Part shown: one piece after another, positions 35,252 through 45,144 of the stretch
Numbering within the stretch: the stretch's first letter is position 1
Layout of the letters: each line of letters opens with the position of its first letter
Source: an uncultured Lachnospiraceae bacterium
GTDB taxonomy: Bacteria > Bacillota > Clostridia > Oscillospirales > CAG-272
Length of the DNA stretch: 51,915 bases
Assembly: GCA_964466625.1 (NCBI GenBank)
Contig: CAYXQF010000003.1
Location: forward strand, 1-51,915
Direction: 5' to 3'
Translations under genes and position numbers: made by a program
Notes under the pieces: generated by a model
Told to the model about the DNA's origin: nothing
Databases searched by the model: none
What the model saw: the letters and a program-made list of their open reading frames with translations, nothing else

Positions 35252-36807
35252 GAACCTTTACCGTCCTTTCCTGTTGCTCTTCCCTGGATCGCGCCGCTGA
35301 CTTTACCCTGCATATGCTGGTTCATCGGCTTCGCCGTCTGCTGAGGCGATTCGCCTTTTGCCGCACTGACAACGCCGGGCTGTCTGCCGCTCAAAGCTTC
35401 TGCAACAGAAGGCTTCTTCTTTTCCTCATTTGTCTGCGGTGCCGAGGCTGCCTGCGGCTTTTCTGTCTGCCGCTGACTGTCAGAGGCAGGTTTTTGATAA
35501 GCGGGATTGAAGGTTCTCGTATTTTTGAGAACACTTTCGAGTTTGCTTTGCGAAGTGCCGCCTGCCGCACCTGCGTTACCGGCAGCGCCGGCAACACCTG
35601 CTTTTCCGGCTGCCCCCGGCGCACCGGCAGATTTTTCTTTCGGTGCTGAGGCTTTCAATTTTTCAGAATATTTCTGTCTTGCCGCTTCACCCTTAACAGC
35701 ACGCTTTGCTTCGCTGTTTCTGTGAATGGCGGCTGATGCGTCTTTTTTCAAATGCTGGATCGGCATACCGGCAAGGTTGGCAAGCTTGCCGACCGTGTGT
35801 CCTGCCACAAAGCCTGCCACAGAACGAATACCTGCGTTTGCTGCCTGATTTTCCATTTTGTCAGCCGTACCTGCGCCTTGGTTGACAAGGTTGCCTGCCA
35901 GAACCGTCCCTTTTCGGCAAGCAAAGGCGCCGCCGATGATAAAGGCAACTCTTGCAAGTTGATTCAAAAAGCTATTGTTGAAAAATTCCACTTCCTGAAT
36001 CGTATGGACAAGCAACATAAAGATATTGATGGAAAGCAGTGAACCGTATGCAATCAAATATTTATTGATCACCTGATCACGCCAAAGCTTAAAGCGCGCA
36101 CCTTCATCAAGAGGTGTCGTGCTCATGGAAAGGGGCGAAACGATAAAGAGGAAAACGATGCCCACCACACGTTCCACAAAGCTGAAAAGTGAAAGCGCGA
36201 TCAAAATCAAAACCACGATGCCGCTGAGATAACCGATGAGGTAGTCCATAGACTCCAAATCAAAATATCTCTCTACGTCACCGGTGCTGAAATAATCATA
36301 GCCGTCAGCGCCTCGAATAAACTGATTCAAGACCTGTGTTTTGTTTCCGTCACCGTCCCACGCGCCGTCTGCGGCTGCCGCAAACAGCATACCGCCAAGA
36401 CTGGTATTACCCACAGAGGTCGCATCGTAAATAGAAGTCATGACCGTGGAAACGACAACGACGCCAAGCGACATGATAGCGGGAACGAGGAGAAAATACA
36501 AGAGCGTTTTCGCGGAATCCAGGCAGATCTGAATCGCGCTTTTACCTTCGCCAAGTCTGCCCATGGAGCGGAATACGCTATACGCTGTAAAGATAAAAAG
36601 CAGGATAAAACCGATGACAAGAACTGCCTCGAAAGCGCCTACGACAAAATCATTCGTGATAAAATAATATACAAGATCTTGCTTTTCCCCATCAATCGCA
36701 ACTGGTTCAATACCACAAAGCATGCCTGCGATATCAATCAGAAAGTCGATGCAGAAAAAAAGCGACTTCATCAGATTAAATAATAATTGCCAAAACCAAT
36801 TAAACAT
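35248..36807 (-). CDS. polytopic membrane protein, VirB6/TcpH-like T4SS channel candidate, with low-complexity tail
   Basis: About 330 aa with 6 or more TM segments, starting MFNWFWQLLFNLMKSLFFCIDFLIDIAGM. Then an Ala/Gly/Lys/Gln-rich tail of about 190 aa (AGAPGAAGKAGVAGAAGNAGAAGG). It occupies the position normally held by VirB6-like genes. Confidence 0.55.
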   Translation of the reverse strand: MFNWFWQLLFNLMKSLFFCIDFLIDIAGMLCGIEPVAIDGEKQDLVYYFITNDFVVGAFEAVLVIGFILLFIFTAYSVFRSMGRLGEGKSAIQICLDSAKTLLYFLLVPAIMSLGVVVVSTVMTSIYDATSVGNTSLGGMLFAAAADGAWDGDGNKTQVLNQFIRGADGYDYFSTGDVERYFDLESMDYLIGYLSGIVVLILIALSLFSFVERVVGIVFLFIVSPLSMSTTPLDEGARFKLWRDQVINKYLIAYGSLLSINIFMLLVHTIQEVEFFNNSFLNQLARVAFIIGGAFACRKGTVLAGNLVNQGAGTADKMENQAANAGIRSVAGFVAGHTVGKLANLAGMPIQHLKKDASAAIHRNSEAKRAVKGEAARQKYSEKLKASAPKEKSAGAPGAAGKAGVAGAAGNAGAAGGTSQSKLESVLKNTRTFNPAYQKPASDSQRQTEKPQAASAPQTNEEKKKPSVAEALSGRQPGVVSAAKGESPQQTAKPMNQHMQGKVSGAIQGRATGKDGKGS

Positions 36808-36829
36808 TCAGATCTTACCCCTCCTTCCC

Positions 36830-37495
36830 TCAATTTTTCTCTACATTGGTAATATAAAACAAAAGATAGTTAAACGTAAACGGAACCGACGGCTCAGGTG
36901 TTTGAGCACCGCAAGTACAGCGGTTCTCTATGATGCGAACGACGATATATTGCCCCGCATGAACAGTCTGTTCTTCCTCGAACGCAAGATGCGTAGAGTC
37001 CCATTCCGTTTCGATCGAAAAAGTATCCGCATGATAGCTATCCAGATCGCCAAAGACATCTTCTTCGGTCAGCTCCGGATCCGACGGATTCTCACCATCA
37101 TCGGGAGGTATCGTTTCTTCGTTTCCGCCGACACTGTCCGGCAGTTCATTGGAAACGTAAAATTCAAAGCTTAAACTCGCAGGCTTTTCCTCCGTGTGAA
37201 GGAAAAAAGCAAATTCGCCCACCGTCAAGGTATAACCGTCTGCGACTTCAAAAGCGATCAGACGGTAATCATCGTAATCCACGACGTCTTTCATCGTGCT
37301 GCTGTTTTCAAGCTCTATCGCCTCATAAAAGGTAGACATTTTCTCTTCGGTCTTTCCGTCCGGGGACATTAAGATCACGGAAGAAAAATAGTCCAAATAA
37401 TCCTCCTCCACCCCTCCTGCGCCGAGATCGGCGCAGGAAGTGAAAAGAGGAAGTATCATAAGCAATAAGATCAGTATTTTTTTAACTGCCTTCAT
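36830..37495 (-). CDS. hypothetical lipoprotein of the T4SS-like operon
   Basis: MKAVKKILILLLMILPLFTSCAD lipobox. The start overlaps the upstream stop by 1 nt (TGATG). Confidence 0.65.
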   Translation of the reverse strand: MKAVKKILILLLMILPLFTSCADLGAGGVEEDYLDYFSSVILMSPDGKTEEKMSTFYEAIELENSSTMKDVVDYDDYRLIAFEVADGYTLTVGEFAFFLHTEEKPASLSFEFYVSNELPDSVGGNEETIPPDDGENPSDPELTEEDVFGDLDSYHADTFSIETEWDSTHLAFEEEQTVHAGQYIVVRIIENRCTCGAQTPEPSVPFTFNYLLFYITNVEKN

Positions 37496-37797
37496 CAGTC
37501 AAAGAACCATGCGGTCCAGCTTTCGGAGTCATAGCCGAGGTAATCCATGAAAGCTTCAAGACCAAACTGAAGCATGACGATCAAGATGAAGATGAGGACA
37601 AAGCCGATGATCGCGTTTTTGAGCGCACCCTTTGCTTTTTCATGTTCCTGCGGATCTTCTGCTTTTGCGTATTTCACGCCGAGTACGATGCACCAGATCG
37701 AGCCGATGGAGCCGACAAGACCGAGCATAACGGGAAGCAATACAGCAACTAAGTTGTGGATAGGTTCTACAATGGAAGCAACGTCAATATTACCCAT
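37495..37797 (-). CDS. small two-TM VirB2/TrbC-like (pilin-like) protein
   Basis: 100 aa. Two hydrophobic helices (LVAVLLPVMLGLVGSIGSIWCIVLGV and AIIGFVLIFILIVMLQFGL) are joined by the charged loop KYAKAEDPQEHEKAKGALKN. AAGGAG RBS. Confidence 0.55.
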   Translation of the reverse strand: MGNIDVASIVEPIHNLVAVLLPVMLGLVGSIGSIWCIVLGVKYAKAEDPQEHEKAKGALKNAIIGFVLIFILIVMLQFGLEAFMDYLGYDSESWTAWFFD

Positions 37798-37854
37798 AAA
37801 AATCTCCTTTTCAAATCAATCAAATTGTTGTTGGGTGGTGTATGTTTGTGTTTT

Positions 37855-40800
37855 TTATTTCACTTTCGCCTTACTGCTGACAATCAGGAAAATGAATCCG
37901 CTTGCGCCGACAAGGGAAAGCAACATAAGAATGATAATGTTGGAAGCCGCGTTGCTTGTGAATTCTCTTGTGAATTCATATTCAACGGTATTTCCGGCTT
38001 CGTCGGAAACCACGATTCTGTAATTTCCGGGTTCGCTGATAAACGGAGGGTTATCAACGTCTTTTGTCGCCGTTTTGGAGTAGACAAGCTCTTGACCGCG
38101 GTAAACATCCACGTGGTCACCTTTCAGAAGGCCCATGATCGTAACATCGTTTCTTGTCGTACCGCCGTGGTCTACACCTTCCAAGGTCACGTCCGGCGGT
38201 GTGTGGTCAATGGATACGCCAAATCCGTAAACGGTGCCGCTCAAAAGATCCTTCAGCTCGATATCGTACGCGCCGCTCTGATTCAAAGAGACCTTTTGTG
38301 CGCCGGTTTCGTCGGTGGAAATTTGACTCACATAAGAGAGTCTGTCTGCACCGTCGACCAGCCAAACGCCCGAAATGGCAAAACCGGGAAGAACTGTGTA
38401 GTCAAGACTGGTGATCGCATGCGTGAAGATCGCAAATTCGACCTTCGAGGTGTTGCCGATGACATCGGCAAGCTCGATCTCATACACACCGTGATCACGG
38501 AAGACAAGATCGCTCGTTTCCAAGATCTCGCCGTCCTTTTTCACGGAAACCACCTTCAGCGTTTCTCCATCACCGGAGATCGTGATGATCTCATTGGTCG
38601 CGATGCCGTTCGGCACGCGGTTGTGACCGATGATGATCTTGTAGCTCACGGCGGTGTCCACGATGATCGTTTTCGAAGTGCTGTTGCCTGCAAAGTCGAA
38701 GAACGTGAGTACGTATTTACCGTTTTCACTGAGAAGCTGATCTTTTTCGTAGACAGTTGTCATCGAGCCAAGCGAATAACGCGCCGAAATCTGAGGATCT
38801 GTCCACGTGTAGCCGAACGAGCCTTTGACAAATCGCTCGTCGCCAACGCTGATCATCTCCACGCCATCAAGCAAGAAAGCTTCGATGACCCGTTTTTGCA
38901 GATGAACGGTAAAACGGTATTTGTTTCCGTATTCGTCCATATAGTCGATCTCGTGCGTTTCATATCCTTCCGCGAATGCGGGCGGGAATGTCAAGATGTA
39001 TTCGCCGTCTACGATAGATACCTTCTCGCCGTCCACCTTGAGAACAGCGGCTTCTCCGCTGTCACCGATGATGACAGAGCGGTTGGACCATGCGCCTTTG
39101 GCGAGAACCTGCTCCATCGCGAGCAGCTCAGGCGTTGCACTGCTTTCGGTGAGTCGGGAAACAGTGATCTGTCCGCCGTCCGAAATACGAACGGTTCGTG
39201 TCACGCTGTTGCCGTATTCATCGGCAAATACGATCTCATAAGCGCCGTTGCCTTCTTTACCGATGCAGCCAAGGAAATCTTCTTCCTTGTATTCTGCAGG
39301 GTTCGGAATGAGAAGATTATAAAGAATATGTTTTACAGAGGTTTCACCGTTTTGTGTCACACGGTAATAGATGTAGCGGATATCGTCACTAACGAAGCGA
39401 GCGTAATCCACGTTGACCTTACCGTTGGTATACATCTTATCCCGATAAGGCGCTTCTTCGTTGAAGCCCGTCAAGTAATTGTTATACGTAATCTCCGTCG
39501 GCGCCTTCAAGGATACGGTGAACGTCAAAACGTTGCCGCAACCGTCGTCCACGAGGATCTTGTATTCACCGACTTCGCTCACGGTGAACGTGAAGTACCG
39601 TTTGGAAGCTTTGGCGTCAGGCGTAAACGCTACGCCGTCCTTTTGCGCTGTCACGGTGCAAGTGTCTTTTTCCGCCCAGATCGTAAACTGTACGGAATGA
39701 TTGCTCTTTGCTGTGAAGCTGCCGCTTTTATCCACGGTGTATTCCACCGTTTCCAGATTGTCATAGAAAATCTTCACGACGGCTTCAAAGCCAAATCCGA
39801 TGCGAAGAAAAACGATCTGCGTATTGCCGTAAACGTCCTCTGTCACGATCTTATAATAGCCTTCGTCCTTCATTTCGGAAATGTTCTGACCTTCACCGAA
39901 CAAGATGTTTTCCGTCTTGCGGTAAAAATCAAAGGTTTCCTTTTCGGAATAATATACGGAAATCTTTACGACCGCTTCCGTGATGCTCGGTTCATAGATC
40001 GTCACCGCGCTCTTGGCACCCGTATAGACCTCTTCGTTTTGGGTGTTTGTTTCGATCAGCTCGCCCGTTTCCTTTTCCACGAAACGAACGACCGTCGCAC
40101 GGTTGGAGCGTTCAAACTGAATGATGACGGGAGAAGTATTTTCAAGATCCGTCACACGGATCTGCCAGAATTCAAAGCCGTCTGTCGGCTTCGGAAACAT
40201 CAGCGTCAGTTTGCCGTCCTTGATTTCGTAATTTATCACGAAATCGTGCGTAACGTTTGCAAACAGCTCGCCTGCTGCCGCATTCACCGTTTGCAAGAGC
40301 TTGTAGCTTCTGCCATTCAGATAATAAAGCTCCAAGCCTTCGGCGTGATACTGTATCTGATAGATCCCACTTCCTGCTTCATTTTGATACAGGAACGCGA
40401 CCGTCGCGTATTCTGTAAGGACGAGTTTTATGTCCTTGCTCGTATACTGCGTGTCAGCGAATTCGCCGTCATAGATCAAAGACAGAGGGTTTTCGCTGTA
40501 TTCCGTCTTTTCGCCGTCGATATAATAGGAAAGACCGATATCACTCGCGATATTGAACGTCATCGAAGTGGAATTATTCAAAATATCCGTTACGGTAACG
40601 GTATATTTACCAAATCCGCTGACGGTCATGGAGCGAAGCAAGAGCTGTCCTTGTGTCAAGGGAATGACCTTGCCATCTCTTGTGATCGTGACGTTTCGGA
40701 TCTCATTGGCATCGTCCCAAGTGATGGTCACGTGACGGCAGTTAAGTGTCTGACCGTTTTCCACGGGAATGGTTACGGCACTTTTTTCTGCGAACAAGAC

Positions 40801-43800
40801 GTTCGCTATGCCATTTTGCTCATTCCACGTGTATTCCTGCGTGATCGCTTTCGCAAATACATCCGGAGGTGTCTTGTCTTGCGCGCAGGTCACAATAATA
40901 TAGGTGGAAGGATCTTTTTTGTGGGCAATCTTGATCGTCCATGCACTGCTGTTATCAATGATGCGCACATACTGCGAACCAGAGCGAGTATGTTTGAGTG
41001 TCGGATTACCGAAGATCACGGTAAATTCGTATTCCGCATCGGCATCGTATTTGAGACGGATCTCCGACGATGCAGTGACCTGATACGCATTGTTGCCGAG
41101 GCTCACGACGTAAGCGGAGCCGTTGACATCGCTGCCCATCGGAACGTAATCGCCATTTTCATCCTTGCATTGGAATTCCACGACGGGAAGCGATCTTTGG
41201 AATTCAAAGGTTTCCGAATAGGTATTGCCGTAAATGTCGGCAAGCTCAATGGTATATTTACCACTCTCATAAAGTGTGAGCGTCGACGAATACTCAATAT
41301 CCATCAGAACGCTGTCTTTATAAAGCTTGAAGCCACCGATCGCGATCTCGTCTGCACTGCGGTTTACCGTCAAGATCAAAGCTTCATCGTCCTTGACCGT
41401 TGCCGTTGCGTAAAGATCACTTTCATTGGCACGGATCGTGATGCTTGCAAAGTTACCAAGACGGTCATAAAGATAAACGATCACGGTGTCTTCCGTCAGT
41501 TTCAGTCCGCCGGAAGCTTTCAGCTCCTTGGCAGTCATAAAAGCAATGACTTTACCCGAGGTGCTGGTCACATAAAGATACGCGTGTTCATCGTATTCGG
41601 GGGTATATCCGCCGGCTGTGGTCACAAACTCAAGAAGTGTAACAGAGCCTGCGCGAATGGTGGAGCCGCTGACGAAGCGGTCGAGATAGCCCGACTGCGT
41701 TTTTCCGCTCTGCGTATATTCATAGCGGAGTGTCGGTGCGTAAAAGTCTGCGTAAACGAAGAATTTTCGGCTACCATTTCCGTCAAACTCGATAAATTCG
41801 TAAACGCCTGTTTTCGAAACAAGATCGCGGAGTTTTACGGATCTTCCCTTTTCCACGATCACTTCCGTATATTCACCCACGTTGCCACGACCGTTATATT
41901 CACGATAGAAGAGCACAGTGCGTCCGCTATCGGAAGTGAAGGTGTAGTTCGCAAGAAGATACGCCTCGTCGATTTCACTGTAGCCGTGAATGTTCGAGAT
42001 CGTTGTGCTATAAATTTCCGTGTCACCCTTATAGGTGATCTCTTTGGAAAACGAACCTTGATAGGTAAGGTCTTCATCAAATACGGCGTCCTTCTGATAT
42101 TTCGGTTCGCCGTTTCCGTCTACCTCGCCTGTATTTGCCGTGAGATAGAGCCATTCGCCGTTATCGTAATTACTGATCGACTTTGCATGCTGTTTCAGCG
42201 CATCGCCGATGAGAAGGCTCATCACTTGATCATAATCAAGAGAAGTTTCTTGCTGGTTGCTGTAATAATAGTAAGCGTAATCCTGCGCGTTGGGTGTCTG
42301 CGAGGTGTCCCAAACGGTATTTTTGTATCGGATCCAAGTCTGCCCCGTTGCCGCTGTGGCGGTTTCACCAATGGCTTTCTTGAAGTGAGCCGACATACCG
42401 CTATTGAGCAGGTTTACGATCGAGGTGGAATTCGGACCGAGGTAAACGAGTGCCACGTCCTGCAATTCCATAAAGAGCGCGTATTCATACGCTTTGTCTT
42501 TATCAGAGAAGGCAGGTGCTGCACCGCTTTCCGCATAGCGGTTAGAGGTGATCTCATAGGAAAGCATTTCCGTTGCTTCGTTTCCGGAAACCTCAAAGCG
42601 ATAGAATCGCTTATTGGCAAAGGTCCAAACGCGGTTGGTAAGAAGACCTTCCTCCGAAATAGAATAGAAGTTATTCGGCATATCGTTTTCCGTTGTGAAG
42701 TATACGGGGAAATCGGTCGCTGTTTTTTCATTGTAGAAGAATGAAAATTCGTAATAACCCTTGGCATTTTCATTCACTTTCACGGTGATAGATTGGGATT
42801 CAGGGTTATATTGAATGCTTTCGATACCGAAAGTCTTGCCGTCATTCTTGCCGAAGCCGTCCGTGTAAGGATCGGTTCCGCTGTAATCTTCATCAAGCTC
42901 GAAGATTTCTTTGCCGTTGTGTATGATTCTCGTCACGCCGAATCTATCGCCTGCGGAATAAGGGTTATCAAGCTTGAACTCAAATTCATAGCTCTTACCT
43001 TCTCCGCTGACGAGGACTTCATAGCCCTTTACGGTTTCAATCTCCGTCACGGGATCTTCCACAACGTCGACCTCAAATTCGCCATGGCTGTCAAACAAAA
43101 CGAGGGGGGAATAGAGGATCTGATCTTCCGCTGTCTTGTTTCCGTGCGTATCCTCGAAAACGAAACCGATCTTATATTTCGCAGAAGTGTTCACAGGCAT
43201 GCCGATGGTTTTATAGGAAAGCGTGATCGTGCCTTTCAATCCGTTAAAGGAAAGAATGTCATCCGAGCGGTTTTCTGAGCCGTAGACCGTGCGTCCGTTG
43301 ACGAGCGCATCGCCGCTTTCAGCGATCACATACATATGAGCGTATTTTAGATCGTCAAAATCCGCTTCATTCATCACAACGTACAGTGTGTGAGAAGGCA
43401 AGGAATTCGCCGCGGTATCGCAGGTGATGCTTTCCGCTCTCGGCGGTATCGCATCATAGTAAAATGTCAACGGGCCATACGTCCAATAGGCAGAAGCGCC
43501 GTTTGCCCCTTCAGCCTTAACGTGCAGATAATAATCTCCGTTCACATTTTGATGTGTAAATACATTCGTGCCGATGACAAAATTTGTTTTTTCAATCCAA
43601 TCGGAAACGGAGTATGCATCGGACGAAGTCGACCAAGCGTAATAGAGTTTACCGCTTGTAGTCATTTGAGAAAGCTCCACGCTGACAGAATGAGATTGTT
43701 CTTTCTTGTTTTCTGTTGCGCAAGTTCCATTACTGAGTTTCGGCGTACGAGTATCAATATCCACCGTGCCCAAATTGACATCAGCAGACGTAGGAAGCAC

Positions 43801-45141
43801 ACTTACGTTATTCTCATTTTCTGCATTCCAAAGAAGGTCACAAACACCCGTTGTTTTGTTAAAACCTTTAATCTTAAGATCGCCGCTTGCAAAAAAAGAA
43901 CCATCAAAATCATCCTCAAAAGCAAAGAGGAGTGTCTTTGTGAAAGTACCACCGATACACTTAAGAGAATAGTCCGTGCCACCAATCGAAACATTCAAGC
44001 GCAAAGAGTTTTCTGTAAGCTGAACAGGTTCCGAAAAATCCACTGCAATATAGACATTTCCACCTTCATACGCCGAAAGATTTACCAAACGATACTCCGT
44101 AATCTCAGGAGCATTTAAATCAACCAATGTAGTATAATAAGCAAGATTGCTGAAGGTTTTTGTCATCGAAGCAGAACCAAAATAAAACTTTAAGCAAACA
44201 CCATCCGCTGCTTTTGCAAAAACTGTATTTTGATTTCTCGCGGATATTGTGATAGAACTGACATCAGCCTCATTACCACTATTGCTACCAAAAAAATTAA
44301 ATGAATGCGTTTTTGAGGTCTTGTTATCGACATCCACATAGTACGAACGTGTCCCGCAACCTGTTTCTAACTCAAAAGTTTCACCGTGTGCCGCGCTATA
44401 ACTGCAAGTCACTGTAAAGCCACCATTAAAATACAAAAGGTCACCAATGTTATAGAAAGCGTTTAATTTCTCGTCTCGCCATAAATCAATCATATGTTGC
44501 TTAAAGCCATTAGAAAAAGGAACTTCAAAATCTTCCGTTATCGTTGTTTTTTCCGTAGTCAAAGTATCATCCAAGACAAGCACACCGCTTTGCTTTACGC
44601 TATCAGCACCCATGAAAATGTAACTGCCATTCTTTTTGACGATTTCAGCACTGTCCGCATAACCGATACCTGCAATCAACGTATTATTTTCAGGATCCGG
44701 AAACGCATTGGTAACGGATACGATAGTAATACCAAACAGTTCCGTATATGCATTATCTCCATCCTTCACCGCTACGGACACGTCGCCTTGGTTAAGACTA
44801 ATGGAGGTGCCAATGGTAAATGTAGTTTTTTCTGCATTCAGCGTTATGGTTAAATCAATTGCGGTATAGTCGAGACCACCGGTTGCTGAAATATCAAAAG
44901 TCTTCACATGCACTTTGACATCGCCTTGAGCATTTCCGTTCAATTCCAAAACGGCCGAAACTTGTCGATCCGATGCAGAAGGGATCTCCCCATCTTTCCA
45001 CGCCAACGACACGGTCGGGAGCGTATATTTGGTGGCACTCGCCGCACTCACAGAGAAGGTCGGCATCAGAAGTAAGATATAAGTCAGCAAAAGCAGAAAA
45101 GCCACTGCTTTTTGACTGATTTTATTCATTCTTTTTTTCAT
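37855..45141 (-). CDS. 2428-aa surface protein: signal peptide, Calx-beta-like domain, many HYR/DUF5011-like Ig repeats, C-terminal TM anchor
   Basis: Signal peptide MKKRMNKISQKAVAFLLLLTYILLLMPTFSVSAASA. N-terminal region VKVHVKTFDISATGGLDYTAIDLTITLNAEKTTFTI. At least 11 domain ends follow G-x-Y-x-[IV]-x-[VLF]-x-D-x-x-GN (for example GKYTVTVTDILNNST, GVYEIELADVIGNTS, GNYRIVVSDEAGNTV). No LPXTG; ends NIIILMLLSLVGASGFIFLIVSSKAKVK. Confidence 0.85.
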   Translation of the reverse strand: MKKRMNKISQKAVAFLLLLTYILLLMPTFSVSAASATKYTLPTVSLAWKDGEIPSASDRQVSAVLELNGNAQGDVKVHVKTFDISATGGLDYTAIDLTITLNAEKTTFTIGTSISLNQGDVSVAVKDGDNAYTELFGITIVSVTNAFPDPENNTLIAGIGYADSAEIVKKNGSYIFMGADSVKQSGVLVLDDTLTTEKTTITEDFEVPFSNGFKQHMIDLWRDEKLNAFYNIGDLLYFNGGFTVTCSYSAAHGETFELETGCGTRSYYVDVDNKTSKTHSFNFFGSNSGNEADVSSITISARNQNTVFAKAADGVCLKFYFGSASMTKTFSNLAYYTTLVDLNAPEITEYRLVNLSAYEGGNVYIAVDFSEPVQLTENSLRLNVSIGGTDYSLKCIGGTFTKTLLFAFEDDFDGSFFASGDLKIKGFNKTTGVCDLLWNAENENNVSVLPTSADVNLGTVDIDTRTPKLSNGTCATENKKEQSHSVSVELSQMTTSGKLYYAWSTSSDAYSVSDWIEKTNFVIGTNVFTHQNVNGDYYLHVKAEGANGASAYWTYGPLTFYYDAIPPRAESITCDTAANSLPSHTLYVVMNEADFDDLKYAHMYVIAESGDALVNGRTVYGSENRSDDILSFNGLKGTITLSYKTIGMPVNTSAKYKIGFVFEDTHGNKTAEDQILYSPLVLFDSHGEFEVDVVEDPVTEIETVKGYEVLVSGEGKSYEFEFKLDNPYSAGDRFGVTRIIHNGKEIFELDEDYSGTDPYTDGFGKNDGKTFGIESIQYNPESQSITVKVNENAKGYYEFSFFYNEKTATDFPVYFTTENDMPNNFYSISEEGLLTNRVWTFANKRFYRFEVSGNEATEMLSYEITSNRYAESGAAPAFSDKDKAYEYALFMELQDVALVYLGPNSTSIVNLLNSGMSAHFKKAIGETATAATGQTWIRYKNTVWDTSQTPNAQDYAYYYYSNQQETSLDYDQVMSLLIGDALKQHAKSISNYDNGEWLYLTANTGEVDGNGEPKYQKDAVFDEDLTYQGSFSKEITYKGDTEIYSTTISNIHGYSEIDEAYLLANYTFTSDSGRTVLFYREYNGRGNVGEYTEVIVEKGRSVKLRDLVSKTGVYEFIEFDGNGSRKFFVYADFYAPTLRYEYTQSGKTQSGYLDRFVSGSTIRAGSVTLLEFVTTAGGYTPEYDEHAYLYVTSTSGKVIAFMTAKELKASGGLKLTEDTVIVYLYDRLGNFASITIRANESDLYATATVKDDEALILTVNRSADEIAIGGFKLYKDSVLMDIEYSSTLTLYESGKYTIELADIYGNTYSETFEFQRSLPVVEFQCKDENGDYVPMGSDVNGSAYVVSLGNNAYQVTASSEIRLKYDADAEYEFTVIFGNPTLKHTRSGSQYVRIIDNSSAWTIKIAHKKDPSTYIIVTCAQDKTPPDVFAKAITQEYTWNEQNGIANVLFAEKSAVTIPVENGQTLNCRHVTITWDDANEIRNVTITRDGKVIPLTQGQLLLRSMTVSGFGKYTVTVTDILNNSTSMTFNIASDIGLSYYIDGEKTEYSENPLSLIYDGEFADTQYTSKDIKLVLTEYATVAFLYQNEAGSGIYQIQYHAEGLELYYLNGRSYKLLQTVNAAAGELFANVTHDFVINYEIKDGKLTLMFPKPTDGFEFWQIRVTDLENTSPVIIQFERSNRATVVRFVEKETGELIETNTQNEEVYTGAKSAVTIYEPSITEAVVKISVYYSEKETFDFYRKTENILFGEGQNISEMKDEGYYKIVTEDVYGNTQIVFLRIGFGFEAVVKIFYDNLETVEYTVDKSGSFTAKSNHSVQFTIWAEKDTCTVTAQKDGVAFTPDAKASKRYFTFTVSEVGEYKILVDDGCGNVLTFTVSLKAPTEITYNNYLTGFNEEAPYRDKMYTNGKVNVDYARFVSDDIRYIYYRVTQNGETSVKHILYNLLIPNPAEYKEEDFLGCIGKEGNGAYEIVFADEYGNSVTRTVRISDGGQITVSRLTESSATPELLAMEQVLAKGAWSNRSVIIGDSGEAAVLKVDGEKVSIVDGEYILTFPPAFAEGYETHEIDYMDEYGNKYRFTVHLQKRVIEAFLLDGVEMISVGDERFVKGSFGYTWTDPQISARYSLGSMTTVYEKDQLLSENGKYVLTFFDFAGNSTSKTIIVDTAVSYKIIIGHNRVPNGIATNEIITISGDGETLKVVSVKKDGEILETSDLVFRDHGVYEIELADVIGNTSKVEFAIFTHAITSLDYTVLPGFAISGVWLVDGADRLSYVSQISTDETGAQKVSLNQSGAYDIELKDLLSGTVYGFGVSIDHTPPDVTLEGVDHGGTTRNDVTIMGLLKGDHVDVYRGQELVYSKTATKDVDNPPFISEPGNYRIVVSDEAGNTVEYEFTREFTSNAASNIIILMLLSLVGASGFIFLIVSSKAKVK

Positions 45142-45144
45142 AGT

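Noticed and set aside
37756-42744. 1662-aa plus-strand ORF, the longest uninterrupted ORF on that strand
   Set aside because: It is the exact codon-aligned antisense of the 2428-aa surface-protein gene. Its composition is Cys/Phe/Arg/His-heavy and domain-free, with no RBS. The minus-strand product has a signal peptide, repeated Ig-like domains and a TM anchor. This is a shadow ORF caused by avoidance of TTA/CTA/TCA.
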